Shown here one piece after another: positions 51,677-62,920 of a stretch of 64,000 bases of DNA (position 1 is the stretch's first letter; the number at the start of each line of letters is the position of its first letter). The DNA lies in NCBI RefSeq assembly GCF_030144855.1, contig NW_026781544.1:1-64000 (forward strand). Direction: 5' to 3'. Below the pieces are notes generated by a model. That model did not search any database, was not told the DNA's origin, and saw nothing but the letters and a program-made list of their open reading frames with translations. The position numbers and the translations under genes are program-made. Origin of the DNA: Hypanus sabinus. Lineage: Eukaryota.

Positions 51677-54600
51677 TTCCAGCCTGCAGCAGGGAGGTTC
51701 AGTGGCCTTGTTGTATCAGTAGGTGGCAGCAACAGACCGCGTTCGGCTGCTACTTTCTGTCACGAACGGTCTGCACTCGGCTGCATTTCCGCGCATGCGC
51801 TTGCTATCTCGGATTTGACGGCAGGAAACCGGAGAGGGCCCTGCGCACAGCTCAGCACATCGCTCAAACGTCCCCTCTGTCCGTACACATCGTTACCTCA
51901 GTAAAGGAGCCGATGATAATGAAGGCTCCAGTCACCAAACCAGCAGGATATCTGCCTTCGTTCCCCTACTCTTATGCTCGAGGATGGGACAATAATGTGG
52001 ATTCTCGACTTCACAATCCACCTCTCTGTAGTCCTGTTCACCCTCACTGCGGTTTTCTCTGGTGGTTTTAAACGTTTTTGCTGAAACTTATTCTTCACCA
52101 GTACACTGTGATCTGCATGCAAGACCAGCTTTTCACTGTAACTCCAGCGAGGCAGCACGTGTAAACATATTCATTAATTTATCTTTCTCTATTTCAATTC
52201 AAAATGTTATGAATTGATCTCTGCGACAAGTTTTTCACCGCATAACTGCACAGGAATTCTCTGGGGCCAAACATTGTAATTCCAAATCCCTATCACTATA
52301 CTCTATCAGTCCAGCCTTTGACCTTTCCTTTCAATCTGACTTCACCTATCACATTCCAGCTGTCCTTTAACTCATCCCGCAACTTTTATTTCAGGCATCG
52401 TTCTCCAACCCCCTTCCCGTGCACTTTTCACTCTCAGTCCTGATAAACGGTCTCGGCCGGAAGCATACGATGTTACACTTTACTATAAGGCCATCAAGAG
52501 CGCTGGAGCACTAGTTTCCGGCCACAGTAAAAACTTTCCACCTATTCACCAAAAGATGTGGAATCGGCCTTTAGCCACTTGGGGGCATCAGCACTCAGTG
52601 TATCGCTGCACATTGCCCTGATCGAACTGCACACAGCAATGCGCAAAATTTAAGACGTTGCATCTGTAAAAGTTTGTCCTACGAATGCATCTGTACAAAT
52701 GCTAATATCTGGCACATGCATCTATGCCTTGTATAGTTATGTAATTAATGGGGGAAACCTCCGTTTGGTGACATCCTGTACCTAATAAAATGGCAACTCA
52801 CAGTATGTTCGTGGTCCTCTGCCATTGCAGTCAATTCCCTCCAAGGTTCTACATATTGTGCATTCAGAGATGCTCCTCTGCACACCACTGTTGTAACACG
52901 TGGGAACTTGAAACGCTGCCGCCGTCCTCTCAGCTTGAAAGAGTCTGACCGTTCCCTTCTGACATCGGCCATTAACCGGGTGTTTTCAACCACGTAATTA
53001 CCACAACAGTGTTTCGCGACATTCTCTGTAAACACAAGAGAAAGTAGTGTGTGAATATCCGAGGATTTCAGTCGTTTCTGAGATAGGCAACCTCTCCCGG
53101 ATTGGCACCAATATGCATTCTACAAACGAAGTAAGTTAGATCACATTTCTTCCCTATTCTGATGATTGAACTGAATCGGAATGGAACCTCTTGACCATCT
53201 CTGCATGTTCTTCTGTATTGACGCTGCAACACGATTGGCTGATGAGACATTCGCATTATCGAGTGGGCGTAGAGCTGTCTACTAAAGTGGCCACGTCATC
53301 TGGGTAACTTGAATGAAAACGTGGATAGATACGATTGTAATTTTGAAAAGGACACAACGATTGAAACATGGATGTTAGAGCGGGTTCGCAGCGGAGAAAG
53401 CGGGATATCTGTGGAGTCACTGCGTATCTGTAGCTGATAATGATTCCACGGAGTGTATGTTGTGTTATTTATATTATCAACTCTGCAGACCGACGCTGAA
53501 ACTTCTCATCTTTCGCAGTATTCCATCTGGAGGAGAGATTGCCCAACCCGAGGCAGGAGCATATTGAGCTCCTACTGATCTTTCGCTTCTTTTCGTACCA
53601 GGGGACAAACGACGTTTTGTGTTTGCTGTATAACCGCAACGTCTGCATCGACTCGCCACGAAATTCCCTGTGACATTCACGCGCTTTCAGTCTGCGGGTC
53701 CAGAGTCAGTGAACCAGTAGACACACACAAATGCATTATGGATAATTCNNNNNNNNNNNNNNNNNNNNNNNNNNNNNNNNNNNNNNNNNNNNNNNNNNNN
53801 NNNNNNNNNNNNNNNNNNNNNNNNNNNNNNNNNNNNNNNNNNNNNNNNNNNNNNNNNNNNNNNNNNNNNNNNNNNNNNNNNNNNNNNNNNNNNNNNNNNN
53901 NNNNNNNNNNNNNNNNNNNNNNNNNNNNNNNNNNNNNNNNNNNNNNNNNNNNNNNNNNNNNNNNNNNNNNNNNNNNNNNNNNNNNNNNNNNNNNNNNNNN
54001 NNNNNNNNNNNNNNNNNNNTATACGTACATACATACGTACATAGATAGATAGATGTTTGGAGAGACAGGTAGAAATATAGCAAGTTCACAGTTCATTTTT
54101 AATTTTTGACGTATACCATTCCATACCCTGGGTCAGCAATATTGATTGTTTCTGTTCTAACCAGGAAAAGCAAAGCGTTTCCCATAGCTGATGTATCAAC
54201 ACAGCTTCTTCATTCACCCAACACGAAATCCCTGGGGCGTTCACGCGCTTTCAGCATCTGAGTCAGGGATGCGGAGAAATATTCAGAAGCATTTTGAATA
54301 ATTCAGGAAGATCCGTGGATAAATAAATAGATACATAGATAAATACACACAAACATAGNNNNNNNNNNNNNNNNNNNNNNNNNNNNNNNNNNNNNNNNNN
54401 NNNNNNNNNNNNNNNNNNNNNNNNNNNNNNNNNNNNNNNNNNNNNNNNNNNNNNNNNNNNNNNNNNNNNNNNNNNNNNNNNNNNNNNNNNNTTTAATTAA
54501 GCCACACTGCAGAAACTGCGACCTCCACTCTCTTTCGGTTATCTACTGAAGACAAAAGAAGAACGTACCGCCCATCAATTACACAGGAAGTGATAGACGT

Positions 54601-54713
54601 CATAGGGCCAATCGGCAGCAGCCACTATATCGAGCAACGCAGAACATTTCTTAGGAAAGCTTGTTTTCAACGGCACTCCACCCCAAAGACCGCCAGGGTC
54701 TACTCTGCAAACG

Positions 54714-55160
54714 ATGATGCGGGGAACATATTGTCTTCTGCTGATCGTGGCATTGATCCCGCGTAAGTCAGGTTAACAATGGTTCTGGGGAAGGTAATAC
54801 AGTTTCAGAGAACGGGCTACCATTTATTGAGAGAAATTAGGCTCTAATGAAATTTCTCCCTTGCAGGGATTCTGGCCGTGTATGTGGAACAGTCGCCCCC
54901 TTCCCTGTCAGTTGGATTCGGAGAGTCAAACACCGTCGAATGCACGCTGCTGAATTCGGGCTATACTAATATGTATTGGTACAGACAGCGACCGGACGGG
55001 GCAATAGAAGCTCTTTTCTATTCTGCTGAGAAAGATATAGTCAACAGTTACACGTCGGAATCCTACGCGGCAACAAGGTCCAGCAGCACTTTCTTTCAGC
55101 TGGAACTAAAGAATGCCTCGCACTCTCACACGGCCGTCCATTTCTGCGCCTGTAGTAGCG
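54714..55160 (+). CDS. TRBV: V12: TCR beta V gene, CACSS family, open, YxC reads HFC (leader 54714-54762, V exon 54867-55160)
   Basis: Leader MMRGTYCLLLIVALIP + C|GTAAG; 104-nt intron; exon ILAVYVEQSP...ECTLLNSGYTNMYWYRQ...AVHFCACSS open. Confidence 0.9.
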
Positions 55161-55199
55161 CACAGAGGTTGAGAAGTCGAGCCGCCCCTGACAAAAACT
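55161..55199 (+). other. 23-RSS of V12 (CACAGAG-23-ACAAAAACT)
   Basis: Read directly; 23-nt spacer. Confidence 0.93.
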
Positions 55200-57225
55200 G
55201 TTCTGCACAATCGCTGAAGGCTCAGGACCCGCTGTTTCCCACCACCAGGGGTCGCTGCACATTGAGCCTCAATATCCAGATGCAATTGCCTTTTGATTCT
55301 TCCCATCAGCACAACCCAGTAGGTAATATCAGGAAATCAGATTAGGAGAAAATGGTACTTCACACAAAAGGAAACCGTGAACGACTCGAATTTCCTACGA
55401 AGCAGAAGACGTTTGCCCAGCCCTCTTGGAACCACAGCAACATTTACAACTGAAGTAGTTAAATTATTTGCAGGGATAGCGTTCAAAATAATTTTTACTT
55501 CATCTATGGAAGTAGTAACAAATCTATGCTATGCTTGTCTAAATGATTTATAACAGGATTAAGAAGTATGTTTCAACCCGCCTGAACGGCTCTTGCAAAG
55601 CTGTCATGAAGGGAAACTGTTCACCCTCGTGTTCAGGTGTAGCCCGTCCGTTTTGTGCGTGTCTTCCCTTCCCCAGAACCGATACCTGTGACATCTCAAC
55701 AGATAAACGGAAATTAGAATTATTGCTCGATAATAATTGGTAGAAAGATATATCCATAGACAGATACAAACTTCAACAGATGGATGGATAGATGGATAAA
55801 TAGATAGATTGATAGGAGGATAGGTAAAGAAAAGGAGAGAGGGATGGAGAAANNNNNNNNNNNNNNNNNNNNNNNNNNNNNNNNNNNNNNNNNNNNNNNN
55901 NNNNNNNNNNNNNNNNNNNNNNNNNNNNNNNNNNNNNNNNNNNNNNNNNNNNNNNNNNNNNNNNNNNNNNNNNNNNNNNNNNNNNNNNNNNNNNNNNNNN
56001 NNNNNNNNNAACAGCTGGAGACTAATAACTGCGACTTTATTGGTTATGGCTCCTCGACCTCTAATTAGTTAACCAATCAAAAGAAGTGCATTTCCTACGT
56101 CTGCTTCTCCATCAAGCACGGACATTGTCGTTCAATACCAAACTGTATTTCCATCTTCGCCGTTCTTTCGGCTGTTGAATTGCAATTGTGCTCGTGTATG
56201 ACGCACAGGAAATGACGCAGCTGTCAACTGGCCAGTAGCATAGCTGTAGTCCAAACAGGAAACGCAAAGTGGTTCTCCTGAATGCTAGCATTGCGCTAAC
56301 CATTTGAAGGTCTCTAACTCGGGCCGATGATGGCACGTGGGACACGTTGCATCCTAGTTATTCTGCCGTTGAACCCAAGTGAGTCAAAACAGCACAGATC
56401 CACAGTAAGGTGTAGCGTCCTCGCTGGCCTCACGTCGTGCGACATTGGCGGTGGTTTAGCTTGGGAGAGGGTCAGAACCTCCGTCCGAACTCGTGTCCCT
56501 AAACTGCAAGGTTAGACCACCAATGACCAAGCACCAGTGTTCAGTCATTGAAATGATAGTTCCTCTATCGTTAAACACGGGATTAAACATGGAAGAGGGC
56601 GATTATATTTTCATCCGCGGTACAGTTGTGGGTTTGATATCCGGATCCTAAGCGCTGATCAAATTCGCGTAAGTTGTCCGAGATCCCGGTGTGATGTTTC
56701 ACTCTGATCTCGGGTCGGTTAATTTGGCCCACTGCGCTGTTCATTGCGATGGCGCATTTCATATGTTTTATTTTTTTTTTCATTCGTGCAATGGATGTGA
56801 CCTCGGTGGTTTTCCGAATGTGGTCGGTAACTTTTATGTACTCGAGTTCTGTCTTTCTGCCTTCTCAGAATACCTGCTTGATTATTGAGAGTAAGAGTCT
56901 GATAGGTTTTCCATCTTACAGGGGTTCTGGCCGCGTACGTGAACGGCGTGAAATGATCAGCAACAGTGGGGTTTCGGGTTAGAAGGGCAGGACACGCACC
57001 GAGAATGGTGCGGAACGACGACAAACAGCGGGTCTTCGGTATACAGGCATAGGGAATGCACAGTGAATGATGTGATTAAATGACAGGGTCAGGAGTCACT
57101 GTGATGGTGGGTGTGTCGAGGGAGAGACGGACAGTTTATCTGCTGCGCCAGAGGGAGGCTTGTATCTCGAGTCGGGGCAGGTTCAAGGAAGAGGCGTGAC
57201 TGATCGCTGCTTCCGCAAAAACATC

Positions 57226-57235
57226 TACGTCACTG
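57226..57235 (-). promoter_or_regulatory. V13 promoter half-CRE (TACGTCACTG), also at V14 61138-61147
   Basis: Same motif about 90-100 nt upstream of both ATGs. Confidence 0.55.
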
Positions 57236-57325
57236 GGATACGTAACAAACGGGGTAAAAGTGAATGGATTCATCTCTGCTGCACGCAGTTCTTCCATCAC
57301 TCAGAGAATAAAACCGCCAGGAAAG

Positions 57326-57960
57326 ATGTTCCTGTTTCTGCGGTTCATCATTGCCTTCCACTGTGAGTGAATTTGACAAAAAATATTTTTTTTATTTCTT
57401 TGCGTCTCTGTTCCTTTCAGATTCCCCCTCACTTGCGTTACCTTCCGCTAGTCTCGCAATCTTTATTTATTTAGTTACGAATCATCGCCTCCTCACACTA
57501 TCTCCCTCAGCCACCGCCTCTAAATTCCGTCCACCTCTGGAGCTATCCCTATTTCAGGTCTTCTCTTTCCTTCCCTCAACGTACCCTCTTTCTCCCTTTC
57601 CCTAGTAACCATGGTGTCCGTGTTCATTCACCACCTATGCCACCCCCGTCTCTTTTTCTAGACGCGACCTCGGTGACGATCCACCAGACTCCGGATTTCT
57701 CCGCCCTTCCCGGCCAAAAGGTGGCGCTGCGGTGCACAGTCGACGGTAGTAGCAGTGCTGGTAACGTGTTGTACTGGTACCGACAATACCCGGGAAAGGG
57801 TCCGGAGAACATGTTTTACTCAGCGACAGAGAGGAATGTCCGGCCAGAGGGATTGGTCGACGGTTTTACGGCGGAGAGATCGCAGAGCAACGAGTTCTTC
57901 CTGAAGTCCGACAAGCTCGAAGCGAATTCGTCGGCCGTGTATTTCTGCGCCTGGAGTGAT
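57326..57960 (+). CDS. TRBV: V13: TCR beta V gene, CAWS family, intact (leader 57326-57362, V exon 57662-57960)
   Basis: Leader MFLFLRFIIAFH + T|GTGAG; exon ATSVTIHQTP...RCTVDG...LYWYRQYPGKG...DGFTAERS...AVYFCAWSD open. Confidence 0.93.
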
Positions 57961-57999
57961 CACGGCGGCTCAGAGTGACGGGGCAGCTGTACAAAAACC
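57961..57999 (+). other. 23-RSS of V13 (CACGGCG-23-ACAAAAACC)
   Basis: Read directly; 23-nt spacer. Confidence 0.93.
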
Positions 58000-58404
58000 T
58001 CGCTGTCAGGAGGCTCGCTGCTGTCAGCAAAACAGGAAACACGATGCCTGTCAATCATATTGTGGGAGGTGGGTCTACGTAGTGTGCGCCGAAGCGTCCC
58101 ATCAGTGAAATAAGGAACGATGTTGTTGCACAGTAGCTTTAAATTTCCTCCTCTTCTGAAGCATTCAGTCGGGAGAAGACAATCCGCACACTCAGCGTTC
58201 CACTCCAGTCTTCCTTGTCACGTGCGGTCTTCCCACGCATCTTCGGTCTGGGAGGATCGGAACCTTTCAGTGCGCCAAAAATGTTCAGTACCCAAGATCA
58301 ATTTCAAGCTCATTATTTTCTTTGTCTATTGGTGAATGCACAGAATACGGGGAGTTCTGGACGGTTCAGGAACTGATGAAGCAAATGACGTAAGGGTTTG
58401 GCAA

Positions 58405-58660
58405 ACACACCGGAAGTGGTGGGGAATGTCGAGGGATAGAGGGACCTCGGTGCAGAAAGATAGGAGAGTGCCGGTTAATAGGGATTGTTCAGAAACTGGG
58501 CGGGATTAGATAACAAGGGTAGGACACACACCGTAAATGGTCGGGATTGTCCAGGTACATAGAGGCCTCGGTGCACGAAGATCGGAGTGTGCCGGTTAAC
58601 AGGGATGGTTCAGAAACTGGGAGGGATTGGATAACAATGTTCGGACACGCACCGTGAATA
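58405..58660 (+). repeat. 121-bp tandem repeat, two copies plus a fragment
   Basis: ac(a/g)caccg anchors at 58405, 58526 and 58647; related fragments near 59050 and 62325. Confidence 0.75.
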
Positions 58661-60639
58661 AGAAGTCTACATCAATGTAATCGAGCTAGGTGTGAAAGCA
58701 CAGGCTACTACCACTAGGGGGTGGACAAACACTGTACAAAAATTTATGCTAGATATTTCTCGGGTATTTAAAGGGTCACATTACTTCCGTAAAAGTGAAT
58801 TTTCTCTTCGGCTAGTGCCAAGAGCCAGAGATGGAAGCTCAGGCAGGTAGAAGAGAAGAAAGTTTGAATGCCAGAGACTGCTCTATGCAGGACACAATAT
58901 GCTTCATAAGGTTCAATGTATGGCACTCATTATAGAAATTATAATTTTGTTTGTCTCCTGGCATAAGAATTTAATAAACACCCCGTGAATGCTGGTTAAT
59001 GGTGAGCAACAGAGGGCAGTCTTTGTACTGGGTAGAACGCAACCTGCAAATAGTGGGGATTGTCGAGGGACAGAGGAAATTCGGTGTACGACGCGAGGAC
59101 ACACATCGTGAACTGTGAGGATCGTCGAAGGAAAGCGGGACCACGTTGTGCGAAGATAAGAGGGGGCCGGAAAATGGTGGTTGTTAGGAGATCTGGAGGG
59201 ATGGGATAACGAGGGGAGGGCACGCACCGGATTTGGAGATGATCTGGTGGTGCATGGAGCTTGGTGGGTGTCGGCTGAGTTAGGGTTGTCAGCTGAACTA
59301 GGTGTGTAGGCGGATTTGGGATTGCGACCTGATTTGGGGTTTCCGGCATATAATTGTGTACCAGCGGATTTGGGAGGGTGTGCGAATAGNNNNNNNNNNN
59401 NNNNNNNNNNNNNNNNNNNNNNNNNNNNNNNNNNNNNNNNNNNNNNNNNNNNNNNNNNNNNNNNNNNNNNNNNNNNNNNNNNNNNNNNNNNNNNNNNNNN
59501 NNNNNNNNNNNNNNNNNNNNNNNNNNNNNNNNNNNNNNNNNNNNNNNNNNNNNNNNNNNNNNNNNNNNNNNNNNNNNNNNNNNNNNNNNNNNNNNNNNNN
59601 NNNNNNNNNNNNNNNNNNNNNNNNNNNNNNNNNNNNNNNNNNNNNNNNNNNNNNNNNNNNNNNNNNNNNNNNNNNNNNNNNNNNNNNNNNNNNNNNNNNN
59701 NNNNNNNNNNNNNNNNNNNNNNNNNNNNNNNNNNNNNNNNNNNACCAACCTAACTATCGATCTTTCTGTCAATCTATCTATACATCTATGTATCTACCTG
59801 TTTATTTATTCGCTTAGTTATTTCACAGGACTTGGGGCGGATCGTTGGGATTTGAAACAGAAGAGAATCGTCAGATGCAGGAAGATGGAAAGCAGCGGTG
59901 TTTGGGCCGCTTATCGAAGAACGGATGAACTAAATTTGGAGAGAGTTTCAAGGAGGCACACGAGAATGATTCCGGCGTTTCGCGCAAAGACACACCATCA
60001 GGAGATGTCTGCTGCCAATCAGCAAGTGGACGCCCGAGTGTCGGCGTGACAGATCAGGTGACGGGTGTCTAGCCGAGGTCGCACCTTCGCACTTCCTGCC
60101 TTGTCACTAAGGATTCAAGTCACTGAACTAAAATGTAAAAACAACGATGTATCATTGTGAATTTTTGATGCACCGATGAGGCCTCAGTTGGAGCATTGAA
60201 ACCTCTTTTTCGGCCACGTATCTTAAAACGGATGAGCTGAAATTGTTTCAAAGCAGTTGACCGAAAATGTTTCCAACGTTACGTGTAGATATATTTTATC
60301 ACTTCTTGTCTTCGCTTGCTTTCGGACTCAAGTCACTAAACCCAGCGTGCGCCCAAATACTCACATTCAATTCCTGTAAAGAAAGAGTTAAATTTGATTC
60401 ATGCTTAGTGGATCCGTAGAACAGTGCAGTACAGAACAGAAGTTTATAAGAACAAAACGATTTCAGGCTGGAACCTGGTCAGAGCATGATGATTTAAATG
60501 GACACATATCCTTGAGGTTAGATACCGCAGAAAAGTATCATCTTCCTGACTGATCTCTCACTCTCTCTCTGTCTCTCTCTCTCTCTCTCTCTCCCGCTCT
60601 CTGCAGGCAATCAAGCTAGGTTGAAGGTACAGGCAGCTA

Positions 60640-60653
60640 CCACCAGGGGGCAG
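60640..60653 (+). promoter_or_regulatory. CTCF-like motif CCACCAGGGGGCAG (paralog 58711-58724)
   Basis: Near-perfect consensus within a block duplicated at about 58680-58900 and 60610-60850. Confidence 0.65.
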
Positions 60654-61235
60654 ACAAGAACTGTGCTAAAATTTCTGCTAGATGTTTCGAAGAGTATGAA
60701 AAGGGAGATGTCCTTTCTCTTAGCTGTTTTTTGTTCTCTTATGCTACGTGACAACTAGAGTCAGAGTTCGAGGTTCGGTCAGAGAGAGAAAGAAAGAGAC
60801 TGGATGCCAAAGACTGCTCTGTGATTAGCACAATGTTAGGTTCATCCTATGGTGCTCATGGTGCGGCTCTTGGCTTCAGCGAAAGGGAGGTGAACTGTGG
60901 CCCCTCTCCTTGCACCTGTTGTGCAGATTTCCGAAATTACCAAGCCTTGTGAGCTTCAATATATCGCAGACAGTGAGAAAACCGGGGGAGAGGAAGAAAG
61001 AGATTGGGAGGGACGAGGAGAGCGTCAGAGAGGGAGAGTGTTCTGTGGTCAACTAGCTACAGAGGAAGCGGTACAGCTCTCGAATCATGTTGGAGCAGGA
61101 AAGGGGCGTGGCCAATCGACACTTCCGCAAATCAACATACGTCACTGATATAAGAAATATCCGGGGATGAATTGAATGGATTATTTCGCGGCCGCACGCA
61201 CTGTCGAGACTGAGAGAATAAACCCTCCAAGAAGG

Positions 61236-61854
61236 ATGTGTCTGTTTCTGCTCTTTATTCTCGCCTTCCACTGTGAGTGAAAGCTGTAAATATTTTTTTT
61301 AATTTCTCTGCTTCCGTATACCTTTCACATTCCCGTGATCTGTCGTCTTGTACTCATTATTTATTTAGTTCGAGCCGTCGTGTCCGCACACGATCTGCCC
61401 TCTGTGGCAGCCTCTAAATTCCGATCTCATCTCGACCTTTCCCGACTTCCATCCCCCTCTTTGTTTACCTCAATGCACCCCCTTTCTCTACTTTCACATT
61501 GACCAGCCTCTCCATGTTCATTCATCCCGTTCCGTCCCCCGTCTCTCATTTCCAGACGCGACCTCGGTGACGATCCACCAGATTCCGGCTTTCTCCGGAA
61601 CTCCCGACCAGAAGGTGACCCTGAATTGCAGAATCGAGGGTAGTACCAGTGCTGGTAATCAGTTGTACTGGTACCGGCAATACCCGGGAAAGGGGCCGGA
61701 GAACATGTTTTACTCAGCGACAGAAAGGAATGTCCGTCCAGAGGGACTGGTCGACGGTTTTACGGCGGAGAGACCGCAGACTACCGAGTTCTTCCTGAAG
61801 TCCGACAAACTGGAGGCGGATTCGTCGGCCGTGTATTTCTGCGCCTGGAGTATT
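61236..61854 (+). CDS. TRBV: V14: TCR beta V gene, CAWS family, intact tandem paralog of V13 (leader 61236-61272, V exon 61556-61854)
   Basis: Leader MCLFLLFILAFH + T|GTGAG; open exon ending AVYFCAWSI (ORF 61567..61872). Confidence 0.93.
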
Positions 61855-61893
61855 CACGGCGGCTCAGAGTGACGGGGCAGCTGTACAAAAACT
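61855..61893 (+). other. 23-RSS of V14 (CACGGCG-23-ACAAAAACT)
   Basis: Read directly; spacer identical to V13. Confidence 0.93.
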
Positions 61894-62569
61894 CTCACTG
61901 TCAGCAGCATCGTTGCTGTCAGCTGAACAGGAAATGCGAAGTCTGTCAATCAGCGGTTGGGAGGCGAGACTATCAGTGAGGCGTTGCGCACTGGTGACCA
62001 ATCGGTGAGAGAAGGGGTGGAACTATTGCATTTAATGTCTCCCCTTATTAAGCATTCATACGGGTGACGATAATACGCGCACTGATCTCTCCACTCCATC
62101 CTTCCTTTTTAATGTGCGGTTTCCCCACATATCTGCAGCGCCAGAGGCTCGTAACCTTTGAGTGCGACTGGACAGCGCTCATCATGTCCCGTCCGGAAGA
62201 TCAAATCTACCGTTCTTTATCCTCTTTATTCACTCGTCGCAGCACAGCACAAGCTGGGACGTTGAGGACTGTTGCAGAACAGAGGGACCCCGGTCTATAA
62301 TGGTCAGACGTAAACGTTGTGAATTGTGGGGAGTGTCGAGGGACAGTGGGACCACCTTCAACAAGGGAATGACTAACAAACCGTCCATGGAGGGGAAAGC
62401 CCAGAGACAAACGGTGCACAATGGGTAGAACACACTCATTGAAGTACAGGTTTGAAGGTGGTAGAAAAATCAGGCGAAGGGGAAAGCTGGGCGGATGGGG
62501 TTGTGAGGGCTTCTGTATTAGATGCTGGGAGGAGACAGTTTGATTAGATAAAGAGAGGAAGTAGAAGTC

Positions 62570-62920
62570 AGCTGACATTGGAAAGCGGTGACTCATGGGA
62601 ATAGGTTCAGGAGGGGCGGAACCGGAAGGACATGATGGACAGGTGAGACCGTAAGAGGTAGGTTGGTATCACGAAAAGGGAACGGAAAGAGCAAGGAGTG
62701 GTGGACAAATCCCTAGATCTCAGTGTAACAGTGGTCCACAGTGTGATTTCCTCTGGCACTGCGGGTGATCTGGTGGTAATAATTATTAGCGACATTATCA
62801 GGCCGGTCTGGTCGAAGTCCCCCAACATGCCGGGGAAGGCATCGGGACAGGCTGTTTCATATCTGTTGATTAAATCGCACATTTCGTCCAGAGCCCGTTT
62901 GGCATGAGCCTGAGGTGGAA
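62570..62920 (-). mobile_element. LINE endonuclease (APE) remnant, Rex1/L2-like
   Basis: ETACPDAFPGMLGDFDQ...LWTTVT in ORF 62607..62882 (-). Confidence 0.55.

Noticed and set aside
53480-54300. Short duplicated sequence (cacgaaat.cc..ttcacgcgctttcag) on both sides of an N-gap, with a WY triplet on the minus strand
   Set aside because: No Ig-fold motif spacing or RSS; may be a local duplication or a scaffolding overlap.
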